DNA of 53,959 nt from Fibrobacteria bacterium (GTDB taxonomy: Bacteria; Fibrobacterota; Fibrobacteria; UBA11236): assembly GCA_043732185.1 (NCBI GenBank), contig JAYTHY010000126.1, positions 1-53,959 on the forward strand, in the 5' to 3' direction. Positions 30,052 through 39,461 of the stretch are shown in pieces. The notes beneath the pieces are model-generated. The model was not told the DNA's origin. It searched no databases and saw nothing but the letters and a program-made list of their open reading frames with translations. Both the position numbers and the translations under genes were made by a program. Position 1 is the stretch's first letter, and each line of letters opens with the position of its first letter.

Positions 30052-30138
30052 AATATAATGCCTATACCGGCCGGGGGCAGCATGAAAGTATGGACGGCTG
30101 GAATTCCTTAAATTTCGGGGGAATTGTACATTTCTGGG

Positions 30139-31122
30139 ATGCCGAATCCCATTTTGCCGCTTCTTGAGGTTCAAGACCTTTCCATAGGCTTTCAAAGTGA
30201 AAAGGGAATGGTCACAATTACCGAGCACGTTAATTTTCGCATTTTTCCGGGTGAAGCCTATGGCCTGGTGGGAGAATCGGGATGTGGCAAATCCGTAACC
30301 TGCCTGGCGCTGCTCAAATTGCTCCCAAATCCGGGTGGAAAAGTGCTTTCAGGGAGGATTCTATTCAAGGGACAGGATATTCTCACCATGACCCCGGAAG
30401 CCTTGCGCACCTTGCGTGGCGGAGCAATCGGGATGATTTTTCAAGAGCCGGGCGCGGCTTTAAATCCGCTGTGGCCCATCCGTAAGCAATTGCTTGAGCC
30501 GTTTCTTTATCATCCCTATTCTGGCGATCGTCTCAAACGCATCCAGTATCTGCTTGAACGGGTGGGCATTGCCGGTCCCAATCGCGTGCTTGCCGCCTAT
30601 CCCCATCAATTATCCGGAGGCATGCTCCAGCGGGTTATGATAGCCATGGCATTGGCATTAAATCCAGCCCTGCTCATTGCCGACGAGCCGACCACGGCTT
30701 TGGATGTTACTGTCCAGGCCCAGATCATGGAGCTTATTGAGGATTTGCGGCGCGAATTTAAGACAGCCGTGCTCATGATCACACACAATTTAAACTTGAT
30801 CGCCCAATATGCGGACAATGTGGCGGTTATGTATGCCGGGCGTATTGTTGAGCAAAGTCCTGTTCATGCCTTTCTTAAAAACCCCTCCCATCCTTATTCT
30901 GTAGGCCTTCTGGCAGCCTTGCCGAGACTGGACGGCAAAAGGCTTCCTCCCACGCCCATACCGGGACAAGTGCCAGGACCTTCCGAGTATGGGTCCGGAT
31001 GTCGTTTCCAGGAACGGTGCGATAGGGCCTTCGCCCCTTGCGGTGAAAAACCGGAACTGTATCCTGTCGGTCCCGGACATACATCCGCCTGCTTCTTGCA
31101 CCGGCCAGGTAGGGAAAATTGA
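30139..31122 (+). CDS. oppD: Peptide ABC transporter ATP-binding subunit (OppD/DppD)
   Basis: [36 protein letters not shown] and a C-terminal Cys motif (CRFQERC...C...C). Confidence 0.92.
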   Translation: MPNPILPLLEVQDLSIGFQSEKGMVTITEHVNFRIFPGEAYGLVGESGCGKSVTCLALLKLLPNPGGKVLSGRILFKGQDILTMTPEALRTLRGGAIGMIFQEPGAALNPLWPIRKQLLEPFLYHPYSGDRLKRIQYLLERVGIAGPNRVLAAYPHQLSGGMLQRVMIAMALALNPALLIADEPTTALDVTVQAQIMELIEDLRREFKTAVLMITHNLNLIAQYADNVAVMYAGRIVEQSPVHAFLKNPSHPYSVGLLAALPRLDGKRLPPTPIPGQVPGPSEYGSGCRFQERCDRAFAPCGEKPELYPVGPGHTSACFLHRPGREN

Positions 31123-32132
31123 GTTCGGCCCCGCTGCTGGAGGTGAAAAACCTCAAGACGTACTTTCCCGTTACGGGCGGGGTTTTCCGTAAAACCATTG
31201 GGCATGTCAAGGCCGTCAATGATGTGAGCTTTACCATGGATCCTGGTGAAGTTGTAGCGGTGGTAGGCGAGTCCGGCTGCGGTAAGAGCACATTGGGATA
31301 TTCCATTCTAGGGCTTACGCCTCCGACGGAAGGTTCCCTAACCTTGTCAGGTAAGCCCCTGGATATACATAAGCCAAAGTCCTGGGATGCCTTCCGAAAG
31401 GATTTTCAAATTGTTTTCCAGGACCCGTACACTTCTTTGAATCCACGGGACACTGTGTTCGAGATTCTTGCGGAGCCGATGCGCGTGCATGGCATCTGCG
31501 CGGAAAAAGACCTACGGACGGAAGTAGGCTTGCTGTTGGAAAAGGTGGGGCTTCCCGTTGATACACAATACCGTTTTCCGCACGCCTTCTCCGGCGGACA
31601 GAGGCAGCGTATCGGAATTGCCCGTGCCATTGCCCTTAAGCCCAAACTTTTGATTTGTGATGAGGTGGTGGCGGCGTTGGATGTTTCCGTTGCGGCCCAA
31701 ATCATCCATCTGCTGCTCTCGATTAAAAAAGACTTGGGTCTCTCTCTGTTATTCATCTCCCACGACCTCTCTCTGGTCAAGGCCATCAGTGACCGCGTAC
31801 TGGTGATGTATTTGGGGAAAATCGTGGAATCGGGCCAAGCGGAGGCTTTGTTTAGCCATCCACAACATCCTTATACCCTTGCTCTGCTGGAGTCGATACC
31901 GACCTTGAACCCGGCCAAACGACCCAAGCTTCTAGGCGGAGAAATTCCCTCTCCAGTCAATCTACCCAGCGGCTGTGCTTTTGCTGGACGTTGTGGAAAG
32001 GTGCAGGCACGCTGCCGACAAGAAACTCCGGCACTGGTCGGTTCTAGTGGAGTAGCTGGTGCGGCTGGCACGGCTTCCTCAGGTGCCACAGCTGCCTCTG
32101 AGGTAGCCTGTTTTTATCCTGCCGGAATGTAA
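31119..32132 (+). CDS. oppF: Peptide ABC transporter ATP-binding subunit (OppF/DppF)
   Basis: [50 protein letters not shown] and a Cys motif. Confidence 0.92.
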   Translation: MSSAPLLEVKNLKTYFPVTGGVFRKTIGHVKAVNDVSFTMDPGEVVAVVGESGCGKSTLGYSILGLTPPTEGSLTLSGKPLDIHKPKSWDAFRKDFQIVFQDPYTSLNPRDTVFEILAEPMRVHGICAEKDLRTEVGLLLEKVGLPVDTQYRFPHAFSGGQRQRIGIARAIALKPKLLICDEVVAALDVSVAAQIIHLLLSIKKDLGLSLLFISHDLSLVKAISDRVLVMYLGKIVESGQAEALFSHPQHPYTLALLESIPTLNPAKRPKLLGGEIPSPVNLPSGCAFAGRCGKVQARCRQETPALVGSSGVAGAAGTASSGATAASEVACFYPAGM

Positions 32133-32175
32133 GGTCCCCTAGGCTACACGCGCCCAGGGAGGCTAACCTTAACGG

Positions 32176-33729
32176 TTACTCGTATTCCTTCAAAACGTCT
32201 TTGTTGAGAACCATGATTTCTACCCGGCGATTGATTTGGCGGCCTTCGGCGCTCGAATTGCTGGATTTGGGTTTTGTCATTCCATATCCGCGCGCGGAGA
32301 GGCGTCCGTTGAGATCCGGATAGGCGGCGGTAAGATAGAGTCGAACCGCATCGGAGCGATCCTGACTGAGCCGTTGATTGTTGGCGGCATTGCCCACATT
32401 ATCCGTATGTCCACCTATTTCCATTTCGAGCTTGGGGTATTTGCTCAGCATGCCGCCGACTAAATTGAGGTAGGGTTTGGAATTGATGGAAATCTGAGCC
32501 TTACCCGTTTCGAAATATAAGGCTTCCATATTAAGCACACCCGTTTTTAGGAATTCCTTTTCCCAGACCGTGCGGCGGGAACGTTCCTTTTCCAAGTTGC
32601 GCTGCGCTTCCGCTAAAGCGAGAGAATCCAGGCGCGCTTTTGCAGCTAGAGAATCGGCGATGTGACGGGCGGCATCCGATTCCAGGGCCCGAGCTAACGA
32701 ATCTTCCCGGGCCTTGCGGGCTATGCTGTCTGCAAAGGCCTGTGAGCGGCGAATCTGATCTTGCATGCCCAGCCGGGCGAGTGAATCGAGACGGGCTTTT
32801 TCCAAGGCATCCTGACGTTTGCCTTTGTCCAAATCCATCGACCAGGAAATGGCTGCGAAAAGTCGCCAAGGTTCCAAAGACCGGTCCGGAGCATTGTTCG
32901 GACGCTCCTGGGACATGGACATCTCCGCTCCAATTTGGGCGGTAGTATGGTTTTGGCTACGGAATAGCAATGAGGGTGCGAACCACATGGGGTCGCTTCC
33001 ACGGGCTTGTTTCAATACCGTGCGGGAATGAAATTCCGTGCCCAGGATAAAGGATGGGGCGGGGGCGAATTCCAAAGCTGCACTTTGTAAAAGCAAGGTT
33101 GTTTTGTCCGACTGTAAGGAAGCGGCAACGCCTTCGTTGAGGTGAAGGCGCAGGGACATGCCCATCCCTTTGAAAACCACCGTCTGGGTTATTTTAAAAG
33201 TGATATCCGTACCGTCCCGGGTCTCGAAATAATTATAACCATCTGGAAAATTGGAGTTGATTTGTTTGCTGGATGTACCGGCTAACAGTGCGGCCTGAAA
33301 TCCCAATCGGCCAGGGATTTTTTCCGAAAAGGGAATGCTGGCCTGCAGGCCTCCGGTTACGGTTCCTACTCCCGCTCCATTCATGGGTGCTGAACCGCTT
33401 ACGTTATAGGCAGCGATATTTGCAAATGCGTCTACATACGGGCTCATGCCGAAAGCCACTGCCGTGGTTGCTGTAGTGATCTGGGCATTTTTCAGTGGCG
33501 CGCCGGGAAAACCCTTGGCTTGCTGATAGAGATTGCCGCGTGCGGATAGAGTGAGTCGGCCTTGTCCCATGGCTTCAGCGGAAACGGCTTGTCCAAGTCC
33601 CAACGTCCCATTAGAATTGGCAGCTGGTTCCATGTCTTGGGCGGTTGCGGATTGAATACTGACTACACTTAGCCAGGTAAGCACGGCCAGACCAAAACGA
33701 ACGCGATAAGTTGAGTGTGAACGGACCAT
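32176..33729 (-). CDS. OmpA family outer-membrane protein (barrel + coiled coil + OmpA-C)
   Basis: YFETGKA, IGGHTDNVG..NQRLSQDR, GYGMTKP and NRRVE. The linker has repeated ARLDSLA/AREDSLA. Likely start ATG 33729. Confidence 0.88.
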   Translation of the reverse strand: MVRSHSTYRVRFGLAVLTWLSVVSIQSATAQDMEPAANSNGTLGLGQAVSAEAMGQGRLTLSARGNLYQQAKGFPGAPLKNAQITTATTAVAFGMSPYVDAFANIAAYNVSGSAPMNGAGVGTVTGGLQASIPFSEKIPGRLGFQAALLAGTSSKQINSNFPDGYNYFETRDGTDITFKITQTVVFKGMGMSLRLHLNEGVAASLQSDKTTLLLQSAALEFAPAPSFILGTEFHSRTVLKQARGSDPMWFAPSLLFRSQNHTTAQIGAEMSMSQERPNNAPDRSLEPWRLFAAISWSMDLDKGKRQDALEKARLDSLARLGMQDQIRRSQAFADSIARKAREDSLARALESDAARHIADSLAAKARLDSLALAEAQRNLEKERSRRTVWEKEFLKTGVLNMEALYFETGKAQISINSKPYLNLVGGMLSKYPKLEMEIGGHTDNVGNAANNQRLSQDRSDAVRLYLTAAYPDLNGRLSARGYGMTKPKSSNSSAEGRQINRRVEIMVLNKDVLKEYE

Positions 33730-33846
33730 TAGACCCTTTCCCCCTGTTTGCTTCCGACATGGTATGTTGCGCGAAAGCTTGTCCAAGATAGATAAAACAG
33801 CCGGAAAATAAAGACAGTGGCCCTCGGCAATACTTATTTTAGGGCG

Positions 33847-34662
33847 ATGCGATTAATACGGTTTCGATATGGCGGCAAAACTCTGCGAGGGAAACTCAAT
33901 TCGGATGGAACGGCTTCCCTCCTCCTAAACGCTGGAACGGATGATCCGGTTTTACCGCTTAAATTGGAATTTGGCGATGAAAAACTGCCTATTGAGGCCA
34001 TGCTGGCCCCGATCATTCCGGTCGATATCCTGGGAATAGGTCTCAACTATCGAGCCCATGCCCTCGAAGGCAAATTTGAAACGCCCACCGTGCCTTTGTT
34101 GTTCATTAAAGCGGGGAATAGCCTCAACAATCCTGGGGACGCGATTCCAATTCCAAGGTTAAGTCGGCAAATTGATTTTGAAGGGGAATTGGCGGTCGTG
34201 ATTGGAAGGACGGCTAAAGACGTGCCCAGAGAAAAAGCCTTAGAGTATGTACTCGGGTATACCTGCGCAAATGATGTCACGGCCAGGGATTGGCAGCGTG
34301 ATAAGAATCTGGGCGGTGGCCAGTTTGCCCGGGGTAAAAGCTTCGATGGGTTTTGCCCGCTTGGACCCTGCCTGGTAACAGCAGACGAAATTCCCGATCC
34401 CGGTTCGTTATGGATAAAGACCTATGTCAACAACATGCTGATGCAAGATCAAGGCACGTCGGATATGCTATTCGATGTCCCCACTTTGATCGAAAGCCTC
34501 AGCTCAACTATGACGCTAAGGCCGGGAACAGTGATTCTGACGGGCACGCCCGCTGGGGTTGGAGTTGCGCGCAACCCGCCCGTCTGGCTTAAAGCCGGCG
34601 ACCGTGTACGCGTGGATATTCAGGGAATCGGCGTGCTGGAAAATGCTGTGGTCGAAGTTTAA
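33847..34662 (+). CDS. Fumarylacetoacetate hydrolase family protein
   Basis: IGLNYRAHA, DFEGELAVVIG, GYTCANDVTARD, GKSFDGFCPLGP and ILTGTPAGVG. Confidence 0.93.
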   Translation: MRLIRFRYGGKTLRGKLNSDGTASLLLNAGTDDPVLPLKLEFGDEKLPIEAMLAPIIPVDILGIGLNYRAHALEGKFETPTVPLLFIKAGNSLNNPGDAIPIPRLSRQIDFEGELAVVIGRTAKDVPREKALEYVLGYTCANDVTARDWQRDKNLGGGQFARGKSFDGFCPLGPCLVTADEIPDPGSLWIKTYVNNMLMQDQGTSDMLFDVPTLIESLSSTMTLRPGTVILTGTPAGVGVARNPPVWLKAGDRVRVDIQGIGVLENAVVEV

Positions 34663-34674
34663 TCGGAAGCCGGC

Positions 34675-35019
34675 ATGTTACTGGTTCGCGAGTCGGTTTG
34701 GTGGATAGTCGCCACAAGTTTGCTGGGACTGATGCTGGGCTATACCAAAGGCATCCCACGTTGGGGCTTTTTGCTGGGGCTGTTCCTGGGTCCCATCGGC
34801 TGTGGAATAGTTGTGATGTTGCCTTCGCAGAAACGGTTCCGATCAGCGGGAGCCCAGTCCTATGAAGCGCCCCGTGCAACCGCCACCGGTACAGGCAGAG
34901 GCACCACAACCCAGGGCCCAACGTGTGCGCGTTGCGGCCAACTGGTGGATGAGGCAGGTACCGTTTGTCGGAGTTGTGGAAACATCCTGATACCCGTTTC
35001 CTATAAAGTTTTGGATTAA
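34675..35019 (+). CDS. Small membrane protein with C-terminal zinc ribbon
   Basis: Two hydrophobic helices (GFLLGLFLGPIG) followed by CARC...CRSC. Confidence 0.75.
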   Translation: MLLVRESVWWIVATSLLGLMLGYTKGIPRWGFLLGLFLGPIGCGIVVMLPSQKRFRSAGAQSYEAPRATATGTGRGTTTQGPTCARCGQLVDEAGTVCRSCGNILIPVSYKVLD

Positions 35020-35022
35020 AAT

Positions 35023-36159
35023 TTAGGGATGCCATCCGGCAATGGCCATGAAAGCAGCAAAGCCGATAAAATACGCAAGCACCACATGCCAACCATTTTT
35101 TAACCAGCGTCCCGCCGATCGAATTTCCGGAAAACGTCCGGAGAGCGCAACTCCCGCCGAAGATCCAAACCACAACATCGACCCCCCAAACCCAACGGCA
35201 TAGGCGAGTAGCCCCCAATCATACCCACCCTGATCCAGCGCTAATTTCGTCAAGGGAATATTGTCGAAAAAAGCGGACGTCAAACCCAACATCAGCGTGG
35301 ATTGCCAGGAGGCGGAAGGCAAGCTTTCTACAGGCATCAAGGAGGCACACAACACCAGTGCGACCAAGAAACATGCTCCTCTGGCGGCCGGACCTAAAAT
35401 TTTCCACGGCAAGGGAACACGCGGTGATGCCAGTAACAGCATGGTCCAAACGCCCAAAGCTGGAAGCCCAAGCCAAACATTGGCAATGGCTGCGGCCACC
35501 AAGGCAAGTAGGGTGAGGGCGATGCGATTCCATTCCAACTTGAGTCCTGGAATGGGATCTCTCAGTATGGCCTGAAATTTTTGTTGTTGGAAAGCAGCCG
35601 GTATGCCAAAACAAATCAAGGCCGTTACTGAGGCGACAAATGCCGGCAAGACTTTGAGAACCGGCACTCCGCCAATCCAAAGCATGGTCGTCGTGGTATC
35701 GCCCAAAACGCTGAACGCTCCTCCAGCATTGCTGGCCGCGGTCAAAGCGGCCAAGTAGCCGATATGCACTTTACCCTGAAATACGGCAAAGGCAACGGTG
35801 CCGCCAATCAGCGCAGCTGCAATATTATCGAGGAAGGCAGATAGGATAAAGACAAAGACGAGCAGCATGAAAGGCCCCAGCCAATTGTCCGGAAGCAGCT
35901 TGGGCATAAAGTCGGGCAGGTGCGAATCCTCAAAATGGCGTGCCAATACCGCGAAGCCTAGGAGCAGGCCGAATAAATTAAAAATAAGGGAGGACTCGTT
36001 ACGCAGGTGATGGACAAAGTCAAAACCATGGTAGGCTTTAAGCAGTGCCAAGCTTGCGAGTCCAGCCAAGGAAAGTGTCAGGGGATGTTCGTGAAAAATG
36101 GCAACACCCAGTAAAGTGAAACCGAGCAATAAAAATTCCAGCGGTACGCCTAAAATCAG
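35023..36159 (-). CDS. IT-superfamily permease (citrate transporter/NhaD/ArsB-like)
   Basis: LSAFLDNIAAA, ASNAGGAFSVLGDTTTTMLW, SAFFDNIPLT and GGSMLWFGSSAGVA. Probable start is CTG 36159; the track starts at TTG 36129. Confidence 0.85.
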   Translation of the reverse strand: MILGVPLEFLLLGFTLLGVAIFHEHPLTLSLAGLASLALLKAYHGFDFVHHLRNESSLIFNLFGLLLGFAVLARHFEDSHLPDFMPKLLPDNWLGPFMLLVFVFILSAFLDNIAAALIGGTVAFAVFQGKVHIGYLAALTAASNAGGAFSVLGDTTTTMLWIGGVPVLKVLPAFVASVTALICFGIPAAFQQQKFQAILRDPIPGLKLEWNRIALTLLALVAAAIANVWLGLPALGVWTMLLLASPRVPLPWKILGPAARGACFLVALVLCASLMPVESLPSASWQSTLMLGLTSAFFDNIPLTKLALDQGGYDWGLLAYAVGFGGSMLWFGSSAGVALSGRFPEIRSAGRWLKNGWHVVLAYFIGFAAFMAIAGWHP

Positions 36160-36223
36160 AGTGGCTCCCTAAAATACTTAAATGCGCTGCGGGCCTGCAA
36201 CGCATCAGGAAAAGGTAACCTAT

Positions 36224-38074
36224 TTAAGAACCGACCCATTCTTCCAATTGCATTTCCATGGCCTTTTTGGAATCTGAGAGTTCTGAGGTGGCGGCAAGGC
36301 CCTCGTGGTGTTCTGGCGGGTGGGACGTATTGTCTACCAGATGCACGGCATTGTGGTGGAGTAAAGTTTGGATAGATTGGGTTTCCAATCCTTCCTGAAT
36401 GGAGGTAAGCCGGAAGCTCTCTAACAAACGAGCTATTTTCCATTCCGTGGTATCCAGATTGACATAGTGCTGGAAGGATTTTAGCAGGCCGACTTTTTGG
36501 CGCTTCTGAGCGACGTCCAACTCCCAAGGATGAAAGTAGACCATAGCAGGAAATCCCTGCTGGTTCCTTTTTTGTATGAATCGTTTTGTAAGGCTGTAGG
36601 GATAAAGCCGGAGATAGCCTCCGCCGGAAATGGGCAAGGAGCGACCGGCCCAATCCAGTGTGGAAAGCGGGATTTCCGTGATAGAGGTGCCGTTGCCGAG
36701 GTGAATGGTATGCGGCAGGTGATTGGGATAGTCCGCGATGCCATAGCGTTTTCTTGCGATGGGGAAAATACTGGAATCGTAGTCAATGCCGTGCTTCTCC
36801 AGAATTTCCAGTGCCCAAAGAGTCGAATGTACGATGCTGAAATTGGAGGCTCGATGGCCCCGGATTTTCTGGCCAGTTAACCTGGTCAGAGCATTCAAGG
36901 ACATCTCCAAATCCTTTTCGAATTGGTAAGGAGACAGGTCCATCACCTTCTCATGATAATACCCATGCGTCCCGATTTCATGCCCGGCCGCATCGATCAT
37001 GCGCACCACTTCCGGATATTTATCCGCTACCCAGCCAAGCACAAAAAAAGTAGCCTTGGCATGGTGGGATTTGAGCAGGCTTAAAATGCGACTGGTATTG
37101 TTTATGATGTTGGTGGGGCAGGTTTCCCAGGCAGAACGCGGTACCGCCAGATTATGGGCATGGAACCAGCATTCCACGTCGATGGTTAGGAAATTGGCGA
37201 TTCGATCGGCATGGGGGAGAATGGTTCTTACCGGTGGGCTAGGCGAGTTGCGGGACTGGGTTAAGTTGTAGGCGCGCGTTAAGCTTACGGTCTGTTTCGG
37301 CCTGGCCGGTTTTGTATTGACGGATTCATACACAAGGGCATTGGCCAAATGGGGTTTTTTCCCCATGAGGTAACGGCCGGTATTTATCAAAATCCAGGCT
37401 TCCATTTTAAGCCACTCTTTCAAACTAAAGAGCGAGTCGCGATAGGTGAGATCGAAATGGGTTTTGCGGACGACGCTTTCCAAGGAATCGTCATAGCCCA
37501 AGGTAATTTGGGCCAAACCAGTGAGGCCAGGTTTGGCGCGCCGCGTGCGTTCACGATAGAGAGGAATTTTCTCAAAATATTTTACGGTAAAATGCGGCCG
37601 TTCGGGACGCGGACCGATAAAGCTCATTTCGCCTTTTAAGACATTCCAGAATTGCGGCAGTTCGTCCAAATGGGTGGAACGCAAAAAGCGACCGAATCCA
37701 GTGACTCGAGGGTCACCCTGTTTATTGCAAAGCTGCGGCCCGTGCACTTCCGAATCCATGCGCATGGTACGAAATTTGAAAATAGTGAATACCGCGCCAC
37801 CTACATCCAACTTGCGTCGCGGATCCGGTGTGCTGGACTCACCGCTGCGTGTGCGTTTGCGTTTATCAATGCCTACTCGGGATTGTAAGTACAACACAGG
37901 GCCCGGTGATTGAAGCTTGATGCCAATGGCCAAAACGGGATAAGCCAAAACAAATGCAGTTGTCCCCGTTAACCCAACGGCAATGTCTAGGGTTCTTTTC
38001 AATGTGGTGATCAAAACACCAGGTTTTCCGATTTCCATCCAACTGGGCTTGTCGATATCATTCCAATCCTGCAT
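36224..38074 (-). CDS. Fusion of a bacterial sugar (phosphoglycosyl) transferase and an XrtA/PEP-CTERM-type polysaccharide deacetylase (DUF3473)
   Basis: N-half KRTLDI, SPGPVLYLQSRVG, KFRTM, LDELPQFWNVLKGEMSFIGPRPE and KPGLTGLAQ. C-half LTIDVECWFH, KATFFVLGW, GHEIGTHGYYH, GGGYLRLYPY and YFHPWELD. Likely start ATG 38074. Confidence 0.9.
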   Translation of the reverse strand: MQDWNDIDKPSWMEIGKPGVLITTLKRTLDIAVGLTGTTAFVLAYPVLAIGIKLQSPGPVLYLQSRVGIDKRKRTRSGESSTPDPRRKLDVGGAVFTIFKFRTMRMDSEVHGPQLCNKQGDPRVTGFGRFLRSTHLDELPQFWNVLKGEMSFIGPRPERPHFTVKYFEKIPLYRERTRRAKPGLTGLAQITLGYDDSLESVVRKTHFDLTYRDSLFSLKEWLKMEAWILINTGRYLMGKKPHLANALVYESVNTKPARPKQTVSLTRAYNLTQSRNSPSPPVRTILPHADRIANFLTIDVECWFHAHNLAVPRSAWETCPTNIINNTSRILSLLKSHHAKATFFVLGWVADKYPEVVRMIDAAGHEIGTHGYYHEKVMDLSPYQFEKDLEMSLNALTRLTGQKIRGHRASNFSIVHSTLWALEILEKHGIDYDSSIFPIARKRYGIADYPNHLPHTIHLGNGTSITEIPLSTLDWAGRSLPISGGGYLRLYPYSLTKRFIQKRNQQGFPAMVYFHPWELDVAQKRQKVGLLKSFQHYVNLDTTEWKIARLLESFRLTSIQEGLETQSIQTLLHHNAVHLVDNTSHPPEHHEGLAATSELSDSKKAMEMQLEEWVGS

Positions 38075-38289
38075 GTTCGCCTGCCTTTTCCCATGCTTGA
38101 CCGCCAGGACTATTTTCCGACGGCTACAATCTTTTGGTTTGGGCTTTAGACGGAAAAAAGTGCGGGGGTGGTAACCGGAAAACAGATAAAGTTTGAATTC
38201 GATGACCCATTCTGGTTTCTGCGCGGGCACTACCTTAAGTCGAAAAATAACTAACATTGCCTTTTACACTAATCATACTTGGAGATTAA

Positions 38290-38922
38290 ATGAAATACGT
38301 TTTTTTAGTTCTTTTGATTTTGACAAGCAATATCTTTTCTCAATCCGAAAAAAAATTAAATGAAATTGGTTGGGAAAATGGATTAATCTATGTCTACAAG
38401 GGTTTTAGTGCTCTAAATGTTGGCATTAAAATTCAGCCAAATTGGAATTTCGAAGAAAGCAGTGCGGAAAGCAATTCGGCGTTCCCTTACTATTATCCGA
38501 CTCCGACAAATGGTGCATCATCTCAAGAAACAAAATTCATGTCGATTGGCGTTCAGCTATCAAAGGAGTACCAATATGGGAAGTATTTTTACTTGGAACC
38601 TTATTCCATAGCCGGGTATTTGCATTTCGCCGATGAAATGACTGGACCCATTCAGAATAATAATATTGGGAGCTACGCTTCTAGCCAAAAAAATCAGGGC
38701 AATGGGTTTTTCGTGGAACTTGGTGCAAAGCCAGGAGTTATTTTATGGAATACCGTTAAACTATTCACAAACTTCGGGATCGACCTCAATTTCAGTCATA
38801 AAGAAACGGAAACCGTTGATGTGTATGCCACTCGTAAAACTATTTCGGATACTTGGGCGATTTATCATTTTGGCGACCAAATTGATTATAAAACCCGTTT
38901 AAATTTCTCTGTAATATTCTAA
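38290..38922 (+). CDS. Small outer-membrane beta-barrel-like protein
   Basis: SD GGAG, signal peptide, amphipathic strands and terminal Phe (RLNFSVIF). AT-rich. Confidence 0.65.
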   Translation: MKYVFLVLLILTSNIFSQSEKKLNEIGWENGLIYVYKGFSALNVGIKIQPNWNFEESSAESNSAFPYYYPTPTNGASSQETKFMSIGVQLSKEYQYGKYFYLEPYSIAGYLHFADEMTGPIQNNNIGSYASSQKNQGNGFFVELGAKPGVILWNTVKLFTNFGIDLNFSHKETETVDVYATRKTISDTWAIYHFGDQIDYKTRLNFSVIF

Positions 38923-39045
38923 AAGCGCCGTCTAGCCACCACATCAAACTTTTGTTTTTTATGTATTCCTGTCGTGGCTATTGGCACGTACGATAGTTTC
39001 ATCGCACCTATTCACTCAAAAATCAAGGCGAAAAAAGAATGCAGA

Positions 39046-39366
39046 TCAGCAAAAGGGCCATAGGGGACAAATCGATTTGGCCTTAACGAATGCAGCCTCA
39101 CGGATCAATAAATTCCCCGGCAATTTGATGCGAGGATTGGGCATTTTTTTAGCCTCTTCGACCATGGCCACAACCAATCGGCCAAGGTTCAAATCGGCTT
39201 CTTCAAAATCCAGTTCGGACGTGCGCTGTTCACGAACCATGTTGAGTGTGCCGGCCCGGATAAAATCCCGAATGATGGTCGCGCAAGGAACGCTATAGTC
39301 CATGCCCTTTGCATTGGCTAGATAGCGCGCTGAGACCCAGAGTTGTTCTTCCATTTTAAGCGGCAT
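39046..39366 (-). CDS. Small helical protein ending in CPLWPFC
   Basis: ATG 39366 with GAGG upstream gives 106 aa. The track's longer N-terminus overlaps the divergent gene. Confidence 0.7.
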   Translation of the reverse strand: MPLKMEEQLWVSARYLANAKGMDYSVPCATIIRDFIRAGTLNMVREQRTSELDFEEADLNLGRLVVAMVEEAKKMPNPRIKLPGNLLIREAAFVKAKSICPLWPFC

Positions 39367-39380
39367 CAGATTAATCCTCG

Positions 39381-39404
39381 GAAAAGCTGAAAAGCTGAAA
39401 AGGT
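39381..39404. repeat. 8-bp tandem repeat x3
   Basis: GAAAAGCT GAAAAGCT GAAAAGGT in the divergent intergenic region. Confidence 0.75.
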
Positions 39405-39461
39405 AACATTTATTATCTTTATGATTTTCCCGCTGATGCGGAATCCCATAAGGAGTTGCCC

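Noticed and set aside
30052..30228. N-terminal extension of ORF 29440-30228 in the track
   Set aside because: It overlaps the divergent oppD start, and the signal peptide only begins at about 30051.
38075..38257. Extra 61 N-terminal codons on the sugar transferase fusion
   Set aside because: The sequence does not look protein-like and covers the likely divergent promoter region. ATG 38074 fits the domain start better.
38981..39298. 105-aa plus-strand ORF
   Set aside because: It is antisense to the CPLWPFC gene, which has an SD and a more protein-like sequence.
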